From an uncultured Gammaproteobacteria bacterium (lineage in GTDB: Bacteria > Pseudomonadota > Gammaproteobacteria > UBA9214), in NCBI GenBank assembly GCA_963748215.1, contig CAVVHS010000001.1, positions 1 through 64,000 of the forward strand: a stretch of DNA of 64,000 bases. The letters run 5' to 3'. The position numbers and the translations under genes were made by a program. Below are positions 43,818 through 53,631 of the stretch, piece by piece; position 1 is the stretch's first letter; every line of letters starts with the position of its first letter. Under the pieces are notes generated by a model, which saw only the letters and a program-made list of their open reading frames with translations, ran no database searches and was not told where the DNA came from.

Positions 43818-44443
43818 ATTCCATGGCTTCCGTTTCCATCGTGCATCTCACGCTCTGGCTGCTGGCGACCTTTTCACTGGCGAGCTGGACCGTGATCCTG
43901 CTGAAGTCGTGGCTGTACCTGCGTGCGGGTCGCGAGAACCGTCGCTTTACGCGCGGTTTCTGGCAGGCGGATGGTCTTGCTAATGCGCAACGCTGCGCGG
44001 AACAGGGCCGCGGCATGCTCGCGGCGGTGTCGCGGCGCGGCTTCGCCGTGCTGCAGTCACCTGCGGACGAAGGTGTCCTGCTTGCGCACACCGATCACGG
44101 CCGGATGTTGCTGGAGCGTGCCCTGCGCGACGAGGTGCAGCAGCAGCAGCGCCGCCTGGACAGCGGGCTGATGCTGCTGGCCAGCGTCGGCTCCACCGCG
44201 CCCTTTGTCGGCCTGTTTGGCACGGTATGGGGCATCATGCTGGCGCTCGAGGGCATCAGCGCCAGTGGCTCGGCCGCGCTTGACGTGGTGGCCGGGCCGA
44301 TCGGCGAGGCGCTGATCGCCACGGCGGTCGGCATCGCCACTGCCGTGCCGGCGGTGCTGGCCTACAACCACGGCCTGCGCCAGTCACGCCGCCTGGGGAT
44401 CGAGCTGGAAAATTTCGCCGCCGATTTCGTCGAGCTGGGCTAG
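43814..44443 (+). CDS. exbB: ExbB (MotA/TolQ/ExbB)
   Basis: LASVGSTAPFVGLFGTVWGI, IGEALIATAVG. Confidence 0.93.
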   Translation: MNSMASVSIVHLTLWLLATFSLASWTVILLKSWLYLRAGRENRRFTRGFWQADGLANAQRCAEQGRGMLAAVSRRGFAVLQSPADEGVLLAHTDHGRMLLERALRDEVQQQQRRLDSGLMLLASVGSTAPFVGLFGTVWGIMLALEGISASGSAALDVVAGPIGEALIATAVGIATAVPAVLAYNHGLRQSRRLGIELENFAADFVELG

Positions 44444-44444
44444 C

Positions 44445-44852
44445 ATGGCACTGCAAACAAGATCCGAACAGCAGGCGATGAGCGAGATCAACGTGACGCC
44501 GCTGGTGGACGTCATGCTGGTATTGCTGGTGATCTTCATCGTCACGGCGCCGCTGATGACGCGCGCGGTGCATGTAGAGCTGCCCGAGACGGCGGCCACG
44601 ACACCCGTTGAACAGTCGCAGCATGTGCACGTGAGCATGGACGCGCAGGGTATGCCGTTCATCGAGAACCGCCCGGTCACGCTGGAGGAGCTGGAAGCCG
44701 AATTGCATGCGCAGCTGGATGCGGATCCGGGACTGACCGTGCAGGTACATGGCGATGCGCAGACAGCTTACGGCCGCATGGCGTTGATGATGTCGCTGAT
44801 CCAGCGTGCCGGTGTCACGAAGGTCGACCTGGTGACGCTGCCGATGCAGTGA
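44445..44852 (+). CDS. exbD: ExbD/TolR
   Basis: SEINVTPLVDVMLVLLVIFIVTAP. Confidence 0.94.
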   Translation: MALQTRSEQQAMSEINVTPLVDVMLVLLVIFIVTAPLMTRAVHVELPETAATTPVEQSQHVHVSMDAQGMPFIENRPVTLEELEAELHAQLDADPGLTVQVHGDAQTAYGRMALMMSLIQRAGVTKVDLVTLPMQ

Positions 44853-44902
44853 GTCTGCCAGGTATCTGCCAGCCCTTCGCGGTTTAGGCCTTTCATACAG
44901 TT

Positions 44903-44917
44903 GCGACAATTGGCCGC
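44903..44917 (+). promoter_or_regulatory. RegA/PrrA/RegR-type box upstream of the TonB-dependent receptor
   Basis: GCGAC-AATTG-GCCGC (reverse complement GCGGC-N5-GTCGC). Confidence 0.65.
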
Positions 44918-45019
44918 ATCGTAATCAACCGCCGGTTTCCGGATAATTTTCTATAGCCATTCGATGGCGAATAACAATCATTCAAGCTCGTTCAATCATT
45001 AAATTGTGGGGAATCCATC

Positions 45020-47080
45020 GTGTTCATACAAAGAAAAACAGCAGCCGTCTGCGCTCTGCTTATTCCATTCATCGCATGTCCGCTTGCCACCGTGTCCGCA
45101 GAGGAGGCCACCCGGCTCGGCACGGTCACGGTGACTGGCAAAGCCATCGGGGAGGACAACGGTTACCAGGTCGAGACCGAGGAGGTGCCTGGCATCGCGC
45201 CGGATGCCGCCAGCCTGCTGCAGAAGGTGCCGGGCGCAAACGTCAACCGTAACGGCGTACTGACCGGTATTGCCCAGTATCGCGGCATGTATGCGGACCG
45301 GGTCAACGTCAAGATCAACGGCATCACTATCCCGGGTGGTGGACCGAATGGTATGGACCCGCCATTGTCCTACATCCCCGGCACACAGCTCGACAACATC
45401 GAGGTCATACGCGGCATCGCACCGGTGAGCTCCGGTCTGGAGACCCTGGGGGGCACCCTGCGCGCGACATCGATCCGGCCTGCATTCGGCAACACCGATG
45501 ACATGGAGGCGCACGGTTCGCTGCGCCTGTCGGGCGCCACGGTAAACGACTCCGGCGCGGCCGGCGTGCTGGCCGGTGTTGCCAATCGCAGCCACCGCAT
45601 GCACCTGGCAGGCAGCCGTGAGGTGGGCGACGATATCGAGTTCGATGGCGGCACCATCCGGCCGAGTGAGCATGAGCGTGACAACTATTCGCTCGGTTAC
45701 GGCTTGCGGCAGTCGGGTAATGAGTTCGCGCTGGATGTTACCCACAACGATACCGGGCTGACCGGTACCCCGTCGTTGCCCATGGATATCGAGGTGATCG
45801 ATACCGACATCGTCAGTGGCGATTACACCGGTTATTTTGGTGCCCATGCCGTGCACGGCCAGCTGTACTACACCGATGTATTTCACGAAATGGCGAACTA
45901 CGTGCTGCGCCCGGATCCTGGTGCGGGCAACAAGCGGCGCAACACCGCGGAGGGCACCGGTACCGGTTTCCGGCTCGACGTGGGGCGTGCGCTGGGCGGT
46001 GGTGATGTGCTGGTCGGTATCGATGGCCAGCTGGCAACACATGATGCGGTTATAACCAACCCGGATAATGCCGCGTTTCGGGTGGTCAATTTCAACGACG
46101 TGGAGCGCAACCTGCTGGGCGTGTTCGGAGAGTGGAATGGGGCGCTGGGTGCAGAATGGGACGGTGAATTTGGCCTGCGCGTCAACCAGGTGCGCATGGA
46201 TGCCGGCCCCGTCAGCCACCATATGGCTGGTAACCCGCCACCCAATCCGATTGCCGACTTGCAGAACGCGTTCAACAGTGCCGACCGTAGCAAGACCGAC
46301 ACCAACGTCGACTGGGTGGCGCGCTTCAGCCGGCCCTTGTCATCCGTTATGGATGTCGAGCTCGGGCTGGCGCGCAAGACCCGTTCACCGTCTTACCAGG
46401 AGCGTTACCTGTGGGTGCCGCTGGAATCGACCGGTGGCCTGGCCGACGGCAACACCTACATCGGTGACATCAACCTCGACCCGGAGGTCTCCCACCAGGT
46501 GGAGCTGGCGCTCAACATGGCGACCCGTGACACCTATTTCGAACCGCGTATCTTCTACCGTGACGTGAGCGATTACATCCAGGGCGTGGAAGTGGTTGGG
46601 GCACCATATCTGAAGTTCGCCAACGTGGAGGCAACGCTCTACGGCGCCGATGCGGCATGGGGATACCGGATCGATGAGCGCTGGCGACTGGACGGTATCG
46701 TGAGCTATGTGCGCGGCAAACGTGATGACATCTCCGACAACCTGTACCGGATTGCACCGCTGAATGGTTCGCTGGGGCTGACCTACACAGCCACTGCATG
46801 GGACGTGACCGCGGAAGGTGTGTTCTACGACCGTCAGGACAAGGTATCGGCCACCAACGGTGAAACGGAGACTGGCGGCTACGCCCTGATGAACCTGTAC
46901 GGCAAGTACCGGTTGTCGCGCGACCTGAAACTTTCGGGTGGCATCGGCAACGTGTTCGACCGCAAGTATGCGGCACACCTGTCCGGCATCAACCGGGCCG
47001 CAGGCAGCGATGTCGCCGTCGGCGAACGCGTCCCGGGCGAGGGGCGCAACGTCTACCTCGCCGTGCAGCTGGACTGGTAA
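45020..47080 (+). CDS. TonB-dependent receptor, OprC/NosA-like plug
   Basis: Signal peptide, TVTVTG TonB box, plug PNGMDPPLSYI, IEVIRG, NVFDRKY..H, C-terminal Trp. Confidence 0.92.
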   Translation: MFIQRKTAAVCALLIPFIACPLATVSAEEATRLGTVTVTGKAIGEDNGYQVETEEVPGIAPDAASLLQKVPGANVNRNGVLTGIAQYRGMYADRVNVKINGITIPGGGPNGMDPPLSYIPGTQLDNIEVIRGIAPVSSGLETLGGTLRATSIRPAFGNTDDMEAHGSLRLSGATVNDSGAAGVLAGVANRSHRMHLAGSREVGDDIEFDGGTIRPSEHERDNYSLGYGLRQSGNEFALDVTHNDTGLTGTPSLPMDIEVIDTDIVSGDYTGYFGAHAVHGQLYYTDVFHEMANYVLRPDPGAGNKRRNTAEGTGTGFRLDVGRALGGGDVLVGIDGQLATHDAVITNPDNAAFRVVNFNDVERNLLGVFGEWNGALGAEWDGEFGLRVNQVRMDAGPVSHHMAGNPPPNPIADLQNAFNSADRSKTDTNVDWVARFSRPLSSVMDVELGLARKTRSPSYQERYLWVPLESTGGLADGNTYIGDINLDPEVSHQVELALNMATRDTYFEPRIFYRDVSDYIQGVEVVGAPYLKFANVEATLYGADAAWGYRIDERWRLDGIVSYVRGKRDDISDNLYRIAPLNGSLGLTYTATAWDVTAEGVFYDRQDKVSATNGETETGGYALMNLYGKYRLSRDLKLSGGIGNVFDRKYAAHLSGINRAAGSDVAVGERVPGEGRNVYLAVQLDW

Positions 47081-47219
47081 CGACGATGCGGATTCTAACC
47101 GGGTAGTGTCGCGTCTAGCCGGGCGCAGGCGGGTATCTGCACGGCAAACTGGTACGTCCACCGGCAGGTGAATGCGGGGTGTGCTGTGCTGGCTGCCACC
47201 GGGCAGCCGGGAGTCCGGG

Positions 47220-48311
47220 CTATTTCTGCTGCTGGCGTTTCAGCTGCTCAAGGTTGGCCAGTACCTTGTTGGCGCGGTCGGTGCGTTCACGTACCTCGGT
47301 ATTGTCCGGATCAAGCGCCAGCGCCTCGGACCAGGTTTGCAGTGCCTCGAATATTTTCTCGGCACGGTACTGGGTGTCACCGGTCATGATGAGGTGCTTG
47401 ACCCGGTTACCGACGGCCTCGTCCAGAGTGTTCTGCACCGCGATAACCTCGCTGTCCTGGCTGGTCGAGGGCGGGATCTTCGTGAATGCCTCGCGTGCAT
47501 CCTGCAGCTTGTTGTTAATCAGCGCCTGCTGCGTAGTGGCCAGCAGCTTCTCCGTTTCATGCTTGTCATCGCGATCGGTCTCGAGCTTGATCTTGGCTTT
47601 TCTGACGTTTACCGCCTGGCGCACGGACGCCTGCCGAGATTTCTGCATGGCCTGCAGCTCGTTCCGCAGGGAGACGGAATCGGCAGTTTCATTGAGTTGA
47701 TACGCGATATTCGCGCAACTCCTGGCGACGTCCAGTTCATTTTCCTGTAGGGCATGGCGGGCATGTTCCAGCAGCTTTTCCGAGAGGGTGATTCGCTCGT
47801 TTTCATGCTTTGCGTGTTCGCGTCGCTGTTCATAACTCGGTGTCTGCAGGTTGACATGCGCCGCATAGAGCTGTTGCCATTCCAGCAGGTACCGGGCGCG
47901 CGCAGTCAGGCTGTTGCGTTCATTGACCTCTAGCTGGTGTACGCGCTGCGCCTCGAGCTTAGTGCGCAGTTCGCGCAACTGTGTACTGTGCGGCACCCTG
48001 CGCAGTGCCTCGGAGAGCAGTTCGACGGCGCCAAGCAATTCATTGTCGGACTGCAGTGCGCGGGACCGGGCGAGGATATCGTCTTCATAGGCGGATTCGA
48101 GGCTGGCGATTCTGTCCTGCAGTTCAAGGGTGTCGATTTCGGGATGTCCGGCTGTCAGGGTCCGGACGCGGGAAAATTCGTGTTGTTCGAGCAGTGGCTC
48201 GATATCAGCGGGCGTATCCTGCGGGATGCGGATGTTCTGTACTTGCAGGCAACCGGCCAGCAATGGCAGCAACAACAGTGACGCAATCAGGTGCCGGGAG
48301 CGATCACGCAT
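47220..48311 (-). CDS. Lipoprotein with TPR-like helical repeats
   Basis: Lipobox LAGC; GDTQY...EALQTWSEALALDPDN; start overlaps the cyclase stop. Confidence 0.8.
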   Translation of the reverse strand: MRDRSRHLIASLLLLPLLAGCLQVQNIRIPQDTPADIEPLLEQHEFSRVRTLTAGHPEIDTLELQDRIASLESAYEDDILARSRALQSDNELLGAVELLSEALRRVPHSTQLRELRTKLEAQRVHQLEVNERNSLTARARYLLEWQQLYAAHVNLQTPSYEQRREHAKHENERITLSEKLLEHARHALQENELDVARSCANIAYQLNETADSVSLRNELQAMQKSRQASVRQAVNVRKAKIKLETDRDDKHETEKLLATTQQALINNKLQDAREAFTKIPPSTSQDSEVIAVQNTLDEAVGNRVKHLIMTGDTQYRAEKIFEALQTWSEALALDPDNTEVRERTDRANKVLANLEQLKRQQQK

Positions 48312-49926
48312 AGGTGGCCTCGTCAGCCTCGCTGGTGATGATGGTTTCGAACTGCTTGTCGATGATGCCCTGGTAATCAGTTACCAGTCGTTCAACCCGG
48401 TAGGTGCTCACCGGCTGACTTATGCCACGCAGGTGTATGGACTGGTATTCACCTGCTATTACACGATGCCTGATGTCGTCACGCTGGTACATCTCGCGCG
48501 AGATGACGATTTCATTGGCGTTGGTAATGCCGCACAGCCGTGAAGCCAGGTTCACGGTATCACCTACCACGGTATATTCCATACGATTCCTCGATCCCAT
48601 GTTGCCGGCCAGCATGCTGCCGGTATTCACGCCGATCCTGAACTGGACCGGGAACAGGTTATTTTCGAGGCGCACGCGATTTTCCTGCTCGACCAGACGC
48701 TGGATCAGCAGCGCGCAGGTTATGGCATGAAAGGCATGATCCTTGTCCGGTTCCGGCGCGCCGAATACGAGCATGACGCCGTCGCCCATGTACTTGTCCA
48801 CCATGCCCTGGTTGATTTCGCAGGCGCGCGTCACCAGGGTGAAGTAGCGGTTCAGTATGCTGACCAGGTCTTCGGGCCTGATGGTTTCCGAGATCTGTGT
48901 AAAGCCCTTGATGTCCGCGAATACCACCGTGCCTTCCACACGCTTGCCGCTGAGGCCGACATCATCGAGATTGGAAAGGATCTCGCGAGCCACGCTGGGT
49001 GACACATAGCGCGACAGGGCGCTCTTGACCTGGGATTTCTCCAGCATGCCCTCGGCCATTTCATTGAATGCCTCCATCAGCAGTCCCAGCTCGTCCTTGC
49101 GGCATTCCTTGAAACGGAAGGTGTATTCGCCCTTGCCGATGGCGTGGCTGGCATTGACCAGTTGATCAATCGGCTGGGTGATGCGCCGCCCGAGTGCAAA
49201 GGACATCGCGACGCCCAGCGTGATGATCAGCACCGTGGCACCCACGATGGTCTGGACGGCCTCCCTGAGCGAAGCAGTCATACCGGCCTGGCTGAACGTG
49301 ACCATGGCATAACCGGCCTTGACGTCCTGGAATGACACTGGCTGGATGAACGACATCACGGTCTCGGCCCTGGTGCCGGACAAAGGTGTCCAGTTCCAGA
49401 TATGCGTGCCTGCGGTGTTTCGGATAATGCGGCTGACGTCCTTGCTGGTGAGCGGATTCTTCTCCTCGAACAGCGCGCCGGCCTGTGTGATGAGCGTGCC
49501 ATCGATGGTCGCGATCGCGGTACCGACCACACTGCTGCTGTTGGAGAAGCTGCTGGCGATTGAGTCCAGCGCCAGCTTGTCTTCCGCCAGCAGCGGCTCG
49601 CGCGCGGATTTTGCCATCAGTCGCGCCAGGGTGCCGCCAAGTTCGCTGATCTGTGCCTCCAGCTGGCGTGATTGCTGCTGGATGAGAATGGTCCCGAGCA
49701 GCAGCATGCAGCTCACGATGACTACGGTAATCAGGAACGAAAACTTGTAGGACAGCGGCATGCGCTGGACACGGTCATGCAGCCCGCGCCAGTGCCTGGC
49801 CACGGCCGAAAACAGGGCGCGCAGGCGTGTCCGCTTCCTGAACACGGCGATGGCGCCGGAGCTGATCGCATCGTCGTCGCTTGACGTGCCGCTGATACCC
49901 GTTTTTTCCGGCAATGGACTGTCCAT
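48304..49926 (-). CDS. Membrane class III adenylate cyclase (Smp/AhpA-like periplasmic domain, HAMP, CYCc)
   Basis: Two TM helices, HAMP (DELGLL...FNEM), FADIKGFT, DKYMGDG, EYTVVGDTVNLASRL. Start uncertain. Confidence 0.92.
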   Translation of the reverse strand: MDSPLPEKTGISGTSSDDDAISSGAIAVFRKRTRLRALFSAVARHWRGLHDRVQRMPLSYKFSFLITVVIVSCMLLLGTILIQQQSRQLEAQISELGGTLARLMAKSAREPLLAEDKLALDSIASSFSNSSSVVGTAIATIDGTLITQAGALFEEKNPLTSKDVSRIIRNTAGTHIWNWTPLSGTRAETVMSFIQPVSFQDVKAGYAMVTFSQAGMTASLREAVQTIVGATVLIITLGVAMSFALGRRITQPIDQLVNASHAIGKGEYTFRFKECRKDELGLLMEAFNEMAEGMLEKSQVKSALSRYVSPSVAREILSNLDDVGLSGKRVEGTVVFADIKGFTQISETIRPEDLVSILNRYFTLVTRACEINQGMVDKYMGDGVMLVFGAPEPDKDHAFHAITCALLIQRLVEQENRVRLENNLFPVQFRIGVNTGSMLAGNMGSRNRMEYTVVGDTVNLASRLCGITNANEIVISREMYQRDDIRHRVIAGEYQSIHLRGISQPVSTYRVERLVTDYQGIIDKQFETIITSEADEATYA

Positions 49927-50012
49927 CAGTGCACCTTCCGGCGTACGGAAATCGCGGTGCATGCGCCGTCTGTGTACAATATGATGTCATTCAAGCATTC
50001 GCCGGAATCCAT

Positions 50013-51224
50013 ATGACCCTCATCAGACCCTTTGCCGCCCTGCGTCCCGTCAGCGAACACACCGCGGATGTGGTGGCGCCGCCCTACGATGTGCTCAGCT
50101 CGGCCGAGGCGCGTGAACGTGTGCGCGGCCGGCCCTTGAGTTTCCTGCATATCTCCAAGGCCGAGATCGACCTGCCGGAAGGCACCGATCCCCATGCCGC
50201 CGAGGTCTATGCGACAGCTGCGCGTAACCTCGAGCGCATGCTTGCCGACGGTGTTCTGGTGCGTGACACGGCACCCTGCTACTACGTCTATCGCCTGGTG
50301 ATGGGCGAGCACGTGCAAACAGGGCTGGTGGCTGCGGCGTCCGTGGCCGCCTACGACAGCAACCGGATTCGCAGGCACGAATTCACCCGCCCCGACAAGG
50401 AGGACGACCGGGTGCGCCAGATCGAGGCACTCGACGCGCAGACCGGCCCCGTGCTGCTGGCCTACCGCTCCGCCGCGGAAGTCGACGGCATGCTCGAGCG
50501 GATCACGCAGGAAACGCCGGCTGCCGATCTGGTCGCCGACGACGGGATCGGTCACGCGCTCTGGGTGGTACGCGATGCGGCACTCATCGACTCGCTTACC
50601 CGTGCCTTCGATGCCATGTCCGCCCTGTATATCGCGGACGGCCATCACCGCTCCGCGGCGGCTTCCCGGGTATCCGCCAGCCGGAACGATGCCGACGGCA
50701 GTTTCCTGACTGTTATCTTTCCCCATAACCAGATGCAGATCCTCGACTACAACCGGGTGGTCCGTGATCTGGCCGGGATGAGCGCGGAGCAGTTCCTCGC
50801 CCGCGTCAGTGCCGCCTTTTCCATAACCCCGGAAGCTGGTGCGGTTCATCCCCGGCGGCCCGGCGAGTTCGGGATCTACCTGGCAGGGCAGTGGTACCGG
50901 ATTGCGGTGCCGGCGGATTCCACCCCCGCCGATCCCGTCGCACGGCTTGACGTCAGCCTGCTGGCTGACCGCCTGCTCGCCCCGGTGCTCGGGATTACCG
51001 ATCCGCGGCGTGATACACGCATCGATTTCGTCGGCGGTATACGTGGCCTGGGCGAGCTCGAACGGCGTGTTGACAGCGGCGAAATGGCGGCCGCCTTCGC
51101 CCTGTATCCGACCCGCATGGAAGATCTGATGGCGGTGGCCGATGCCGGCGAGGTGATGCCACCCAAGTCCACCTGGTTTGAGCCCAAGCTGGCGGACGGT
51201 CTGGTATCCCTGGTACTCGACTGA
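50013..51224 (+). CDS. DUF1015 family protein
   Basis: PPYDV, HEFTRPDKEDDR, YIADGHHRSAAA, MPPKSTWFEPKL. Confidence 0.92.
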   Translation: MTLIRPFAALRPVSEHTADVVAPPYDVLSSAEARERVRGRPLSFLHISKAEIDLPEGTDPHAAEVYATAARNLERMLADGVLVRDTAPCYYVYRLVMGEHVQTGLVAAASVAAYDSNRIRRHEFTRPDKEDDRVRQIEALDAQTGPVLLAYRSAAEVDGMLERITQETPAADLVADDGIGHALWVVRDAALIDSLTRAFDAMSALYIADGHHRSAAASRVSASRNDADGSFLTVIFPHNQMQILDYNRVVRDLAGMSAEQFLARVSAAFSITPEAGAVHPRRPGEFGIYLAGQWYRIAVPADSTPADPVARLDVSLLADRLLAPVLGITDPRRDTRIDFVGGIRGLGELERRVDSGEMAAAFALYPTRMEDLMAVADAGEVMPPKSTWFEPKLADGLVSLVLD

Positions 51225-51281
51225 TACGGGCGGGGAGCAGGGCGGCTGCTTGTGGTAGCGATTGGTCATGACGTTCTGCTG

Positions 51282-53357
51282 TCAGGCGACCTCGCTCTCG
51301 AATGTATAGCCCAGTTCCCTGGACGGCTCCTGGATAAAGTTCCCCTGTATATAATGTATGCCGAGCTGCCATAGCTTCGCGAGGCAGATGGAATCCTCGA
51401 CGTTCACCGCGATGCAGGGTTTGCCGGACTTTTTCGCAATCTCGATAACCGCCCTGACGGTATCCTGCGCTTCCTTGTCACTGGCGAGCTTCGCGATCAG
51501 TGAGCTGTCGATCTTAATAATGTCGGCAGGTACATGATTCAGTATCTGCAGTTTCCCGTTGCAGCCGATGTGTTCGAGTGCCACCTTGCAATTGATGGAA
51601 TGAACCGCCTCGATAAATGACATGGTGTTCTTGAGGTCGAGTTCGGCCACCTGTTCCGGGATTTCAAACACCACGCCTTCGCTGTCCAGTCCGTATTCCA
51701 GCAGCCTGTCGCTGATCCAGTCTGTCAGGTCGCTGTCTGTCAGGGTCGAGCCGGACAGCTTGATATAAAACGAGGTGGTACTGTTCTTGCGCAATTCAGC
51801 GAGCGTGGCGAAGGCATGGTCGATGATCCAGCGATCGATTTTGCCGCTGAGACCGGTTTTGTCGGCAATTGCCAGGAATTCACCCGGCAGGATGGTGTGA
51901 TCTTTTTCATCGAGTATCCTGAGCAGTACCTCGTAGCGCGGGGACGCGTCCCCCTTCAGGCTGACGATGGGCTGGTAGACGAGATAGAAACGCTCCTGCT
52001 CGATGGTGTCACTGATAATCCAGTCCAGATCGCTCTTCTGTTCCTTGCCGATGCTGTCGTCGACAATCGTGCTATGAGTATGAATCTGGTTGCCGCCCGA
52101 GGTGCGTGCGACCTCGCACGCCATGTCGGCATAGGAGATTATTTTCTGGACATCCTGTGCGTGTTCGTTGATTGCACAAATGCCGATGCTGGCAGTCAGG
52201 GCAAATGCGCGTCCACCTGCTTCCGACAGGTGGTGCGCAATCGTATTCAACAGCTCCTCGCCGGTACGCTGGATAGCGTCCTGATCACTGGCCTGTTTCA
52301 GGATGGCAAAACTGAAGTCGCCAAAACGTGACAGCGTATCTTCCTCGCCACACTGTTTGCTGATCAGGCTGGCCATGTCACACAACACAGCATCACTGGC
52401 GGCAACGCCGGCCTCGTCGCGCACGGACTTGAAATTGTCCAGCATTACGTAGATCAGGGCGCGTTTCCTGTTGCTGACCGGGTGGGCAATACGCTGGGCA
52501 AGCAGCGTCATGAAGTGCTGGCGGTTGGACAGACCAGTGAGCATGTCTTTATTCGACAATGAATTGATTCGTTCCTCGAATTCTGAATTCGAGCTATGGA
52601 CCCGTATCAGGAGCTGCGTGCAGGGTTCCCCCGCCATGGTCGCAGGCGAGCATTCCATGGTGCAGTTGAACGTGCCTTCGTGAGGACTCAGGCACTCGAT
52701 ATCGAGAGTGGTGCTGTTGTCACCGTTTTCGATATCGCTCTTGAGAAATTCCTTGAACCGGTCGCGCTGCTCGCTACTGATCATGTCCAGCACCGGCATA
52801 CCCTCGATCTCTTCTCTCGTTTCGATGGCAAACAGCTTCATGTAGGGGCGGTTTGCATAGACATGCATGCCATCGTGGATGTAGGCAATGGCGTCACTCG
52901 AGTTTTCGATCAGTTCATGACAGCGGGTTTCGCCGTCTTGCAGTTTCTTTTCCAGCCGTTGCAAACTGTGACGCAGCCGGATTGTCTCCATCTGCCGCTC
53001 GAATACCATGTGCAGGTGTTCGGGGCTTTCATACGATACCAGGTCGTCAATGCCGCTTTTCTGTGCGCTGATGACATCTGCCTCGCTGGCTGCATCGGCG
53101 ATCGCGATGACGGTGGGTGGCGTGGGACACCGTTCGAGGATCGAGGCAATCTCTTGCAAATCGGGCAGGCCGTCGCCACTGCCGCAGATAACAATGTCGG
53201 GAAGCTGCTGTTCGAGTGCCGCGGCCAGTTCATCGCCGCTGGCGACGTGCTCGAAGGCGAGGGTATGGCCGGCGTTCCTGAACTCGGTGACAAGCGATTC
53301 GGCATCGGAACCGCTTTCCTCGACGATGAGCAGGCGTAATGATTCACCAGTTGTCAC
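51282..53357 (-). CDS. fimX: FimX-like REC-PAS-GGDEF-EAL protein with degenerate enzymatic motifs
   Basis: SSDAIAYIHDGMHVYAN PAS; RFGDFSF in place of GGDEF; YEVLLR EAL-like; GTG start after AAAGAGG. Confidence 0.8.
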   Translation of the reverse strand: MTTGESLRLLIVEESGSDAESLVTEFRNAGHTLAFEHVASGDELAAALEQQLPDIVICGSGDGLPDLQEIASILERCPTPPTVIAIADAASEADVISAQKSGIDDLVSYESPEHLHMVFERQMETIRLRHSLQRLEKKLQDGETRCHELIENSSDAIAYIHDGMHVYANRPYMKLFAIETREEIEGMPVLDMISSEQRDRFKEFLKSDIENGDNSTTLDIECLSPHEGTFNCTMECSPATMAGEPCTQLLIRVHSSNSEFEERINSLSNKDMLTGLSNRQHFMTLLAQRIAHPVSNRKRALIYVMLDNFKSVRDEAGVAASDAVLCDMASLISKQCGEEDTLSRFGDFSFAILKQASDQDAIQRTGEELLNTIAHHLSEAGGRAFALTASIGICAINEHAQDVQKIISYADMACEVARTSGGNQIHTHSTIVDDSIGKEQKSDLDWIISDTIEQERFYLVYQPIVSLKGDASPRYEVLLRILDEKDHTILPGEFLAIADKTGLSGKIDRWIIDHAFATLAELRKNSTTSFYIKLSGSTLTDSDLTDWISDRLLEYGLDSEGVVFEIPEQVAELDLKNTMSFIEAVHSINCKVALEHIGCNGKLQILNHVPADIIKIDSSLIAKLASDKEAQDTVRAVIEIAKKSGKPCIAVNVEDSICLAKLWQLGIHYIQGNFIQEPSRELGYTFESEVA

Positions 53358-53631
53358 TGCAGACCTCTTTTCCGGAACAGCCACTGGAACGACCAGCAAT
53401 GAATGAGCAGATGTCATGCTCACTACTGGCCCCGACCTCACTAATGTCGGCAACGCGTCCATGGTCTTGAATTACTCCCTATATATGCCGGTCTGGACGG
53501 GGCCGGGTGTGCGGCCGGGGGTGTTTCCTGTCGCGAGGATTCCTGATAGCATGCAAGTAACTGATAATCTGAACGTTTACATGTCCGGCTGGCGAAACCC
53601 GGCAGCCGGCCTGAATACCCGGAGACACGCT

